64,000 bases of DNA, from positions 25,110,001 through 25,174,000 of the forward strand of contig OZ004612.1 in NCBI GenBank assembly GCA_963924565.1, read 5' to 3'. A program made the position numbers and the translations under genes. The DNA is from Ascidiella aspersa (lineage: Eukaryota). The notes under the pieces were generated by a model that ran no database searches, had not been told where the DNA came from, and saw only the letters and a list, made by a program, of their open reading frames with translations. The first letter of the stretch is position 1. Each line of letters opens with the position of its first letter. This document shows positions 60,533 to 64,000 of the stretch, piece after piece.

Positions 60533-63254
60533 TTAAAGTTGATTTTCTGCTATGACATTCCCTTCTTTATTTCTGCTTTGGGCAAAAATCTTACGTTTTT
60601 TAAGTTTCTCCAATCGAACAGTGCATCTGTCTATTATTGTGGAATAAAGCAAGGGGTTTAACGCACTGTTAATGGGAAGCAAAATACCAGCACTAATAAG
60701 ATAAACATCGTTGGGTAGTGGAACACCAGAAACAGCCAAGTAAGCAAGCACACACATTGGGATCCAGCAACAGAAGTCAGTAATAAGCAAGCGAGAAATA
60801 CGTTTTTGCATTGTGCTGTTGGGTTGCTTGTTTCTAGATTTAGCCATTTTGTTACTTCTTGTGTAAATAAGTATGTAAGCCACAAGCATGAAAATGAAAA
60901 GCAGGAAGTTGAGTGTGATAAGAAACACAGAATATTGCCAAGAAGCGTCATTTGCAGAGGCGAACAGTCTGGGCATGCAAACACTAGTTTCACCATAATA
61001 ACCAAATATTCCTTTTATCGGTTGATGTGGAAAGGTTTTGCTTATTAGCTGAGTGACATCATGCCAATAAAGTGACGTCATGTTATGTGGTTTTATTTTA
61101 TTGGCTAAATCAACCATATTTTGTTTAAGGACTTGATTAGTTTTGAAAAATCTACTTGAAAACCAAACATGGGAAACAAAATATCCTGAACTGTAATTAA
61201 ACAAAGGCAGAAGTGAAAATAAAATTGCAAACAGCCAAACACATGCACATGAAATGTAAATCCCCTTTAACTCCATAGCCCTAGTAATAAATGGTTTATA
61301 AACTGTTGCTAGTCTAAACGCTGTCATGACAGCCATAGTACCCGAAGAGGCCATGGTAGCTACAACACACAACACCCCAAGAATGGAACAGGTGCTACTT
61401 GTACGCCAAGCTGCGTCAAACGAGCAATAATCCCCTGAAAACTGTAAACCCTTTATGCTTATTGCAATTAGATAAATGCCCATGAGAAAATCAGCAGGTG
61501 CCAAACTAAGCAAAAATATGTAAGTGCTTTTTGTAAAATTATCCGCGTTTTTTTTATTTATAATGTCCCTTATAGTAATTACGCCAACCGATAAATTCCC
61601 GAAGATAGCCACCGACCCCATTAACCAGAAGAAGGCTATGTAAACAGGGTTGGCGATCATTTCCTTTTGATTTGAGAAAATGCTACTTCGCTTACTTATA
61701 GGGGGGCATTCGTCACTTCCGTCTGAACATTGAGGATATCCATCTTCAACCAAGTTGATGGCGATCGACAGAGGTTTTCCATTGCGACAGTAAAATCTCG
61801 TTTTGCTGCATCGCGTCGTATCCTCGTCCGATCCGTCGTCGCAGTCTATTGTTCCGTCACAAAGGTTGTTGACATCGATGCTGATGAACGTTCCACTGAT
61901 GCAACCGTGACGCTTGGGGCACAATTCACGTTCGTTGCATGACATCCATGACATATTCAGCCCAGTACATGCTACTCCCAACGAGGCAGTCAAACCAATG
62001 CACTCCACATCGCAAAAAACCAAATGCACTCCACATCGTAAAGAGAAAGACGGTTGGCAATACATGTGTTCTACTTCACAGTCATCCTCAACTAGTCCAC
62101 AATATTTCGTGTTGGATTCTCCCACACAACTGACTTCTGGGTTACAAAGCACATTGTCCATGTCCATGCAGTCCGTTTCATTGTAGCAATGCATTTGGTT
62201 GGGAGGGCAAGTGTCGCTAGCGTCGCCCAAGATATCACGGCAAACTGTTTGGTCGTCGCACAAACATTCATCGGAAAGATCATAGCAGTCAGCCACTCCG
62301 TCACAAACTTGCTGTTGAGAAACAACCTGTCGATTGTCCAAACACGAGAAGCAAACAAATTGTCCATCAACGAAGCAAATATCTGACTTATCAGCGCACT
62401 GAGGTTCATCGTCGTAGATGTTTATCTGCGGTAAAACGCAAATCGCTTTTCTGCTTGTTCCTGAGCATTTAAATCCCTGCCCGGTTTGAATTTCATCATC
62501 ATTGCAACGAATGAAGTTGTCGCAATAGCTATGGGTGTGAATGAGATTACCGTTACTACATCGTGACAAACTTGTGTGCCTTCCCTCTTCACAAACCCAC
62601 TGTCCATTCCCACACACCCTGTCTATCCGACCTTCACACGGCCCCATAAGTTGGTGGCAAGTCGTATTGTTTTGGATTGCTTGAAACTTGACTTTGCTTG
62701 TCTCGTTAGAGCAAGTTAGAGCAATGAGTTACATTAATCCACTTATCACCTACAAACACAAGCCGATCATCGCAAGGCTCCTTTCGTCCGACGCACTGGA
62801 TCCTACCGTCAGCCACTTGTTGCTTGCAAGCTCTGCAAAACCACTCGTCGCTACCTTCTAAGCACTCGTTACCACCTTCACATATGTTGTACCTCTCACT
62901 AACACACTGAAGACCATCGCTGCAATGTACTGCGCCCTTTCCACAACTGCTGCAGTTTGTCTCATCGCTTGAATCGCCACAACGCTTCCACCCATCGCAC
63001 CACTTGGTTAAGTGAACACACTGCTTCCCATTATCGCACTTCTTCGCTCCTGGTTTGCAAGTTGTGCAGTCCATCTCATCCTCACCCCAAGAACAATCCT
63101 CCCATCCGTCGCAAACTTCGGTTTGGTTGATGCACTTTGCATCTGACTCCAAAAATAACTTGCTACACTCAAACTGATCCTGAGCGCATCTTTCGTTTGC
63201 TCCAACGCACAAGGCGAGCAACGCACAAATAAAAGTAAACATTCCAAACTGCAT
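60533..63254 (-). pseudogene. Intronless LDLa-repeat LGR/RXFP/GRL101-type GPCR, frameshifted by a 10-bp duplication (903 aa when repaired)
   Basis: Signal peptide, multiple LDLa modules (CDGWEDCSWGEDE, CDGVADCYDLSDE, CDGTIDCDDGSDE) and LGR-type 7TM motifs (GN, ADFLMGIYL, YYGETSVCMP, TDFCCWIP, LPINSALNPLLY). Removing one gttagagcaa copy (62705-62724) fuses ORFs 62706-63254 and 60533-62647 in frame. Confidence 0.85.
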
Positions 63255-64000
63255 TTTACCAAATTAGTGGCAATATCTTGTGTTGAGCTACGAGTGCAAA
63301 TATAGCGGTTTAATCAGCCTAATTAGTAGTTATTAACTAAATATCAACAAAGAACAACAACAATATGACAAAACCATCTCTGTGTTTTGTGTCGCAATAT
63401 TTTGTACCAAAATTATTTAAAGTTGCTGGAATATATTGGGACAGTAAAAAATTAAACAATCTTTTCTGCAGTCTAAACCTTGCACTGCGCAAATACAAAG
63501 TGGGTAACCGTCTCTTATCTTATTTCTAAATGAGTTTATAAATTAAATTATTGGTAAATCAAAGAGCTCGCTTTCCAACTAAACTAAACAAAAAATACAA
63601 CGTTAACCTAAACACTTAAACCAATCACTTACATCCGTACAACACATTTTAAAATCACTGCAATATTGCAACCAAGGTCATCTAAACCAAATTATAAGTA
63701 TAAAAATATGCGCCCATATATATGGACAACTCCGTATATAATATTTTTAGTTGTCTAGTTTTGTAAATATTGACTGCAAGTGTAAATATTTAAAATTACA
63801 ATTATAATCGCATTACGAAAAGAGAAGACAAATAACAATTTTATGAAGTACACAGCGACCAATATACGAACTTATTAGTAAATTATGCACATTTAACTAT
63901 ATTTTTTGGCGATTCATTCACTTTTAAGTCTATTAACCATCCTTGCGTAATTTCCAAAGATATAGAAATATTGGCAATAAGCCAACAGAGGGTAAAATAT

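Noticed and set aside
62648-62724. A small intron as an alternative way to join the two LDLa-GPCR ORFs
   Set aside because: No convincing polypyrimidine acceptor; removing the exact 10-bp duplication restores the frame more simply.

Overview
AT-rich animal genomic DNA with spliceosomal introns. It is most likely from an ascidian (tunicate); this is an inference from gene families and repeats. (1) Bases 1-23.6 kb hold a tandem array of seven intronless, GC-richer genes for an orphan 7-transmembrane (GPCR-like) protein family lacking the canonical DRY/NPxxY motifs. An eighth, inverted copy lies at 47.3-48.3 kb. The array shows birth-and-death evolution: recent ~3.1-kb duplications, a chimeric copy, two frameshifted pseudogenes, a copy missing its ECL2 cysteine, a hypervariable ECL2 and a shared upstream element. 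It is a candidate lineage-specific chemoreceptor cluster. (2) A 14-coding-exon TBC1D5 (Rab7 GAP) gene lies on the minus strand (27976-44130), with a GC-AG last intron. (3) A 4-exon Sulfotransfer_4-type sulfotransferase-like gene (51709-53873, minus). (4) An intronless LDLa-repeat LGR/RXFP/GRL101-type GPCR with no visible leucine-rich repeats, broken by a 10-bp tandem duplication (60533-63254, minus). Spacers and introns contain many hAT-type MITEs with 8-bp TSDs (some nested), a LINE RT relic, a Charlie/Buster transposase relic, a tRNA-derived element and minisatellites. All alignments were done by eye; no database searches were run.
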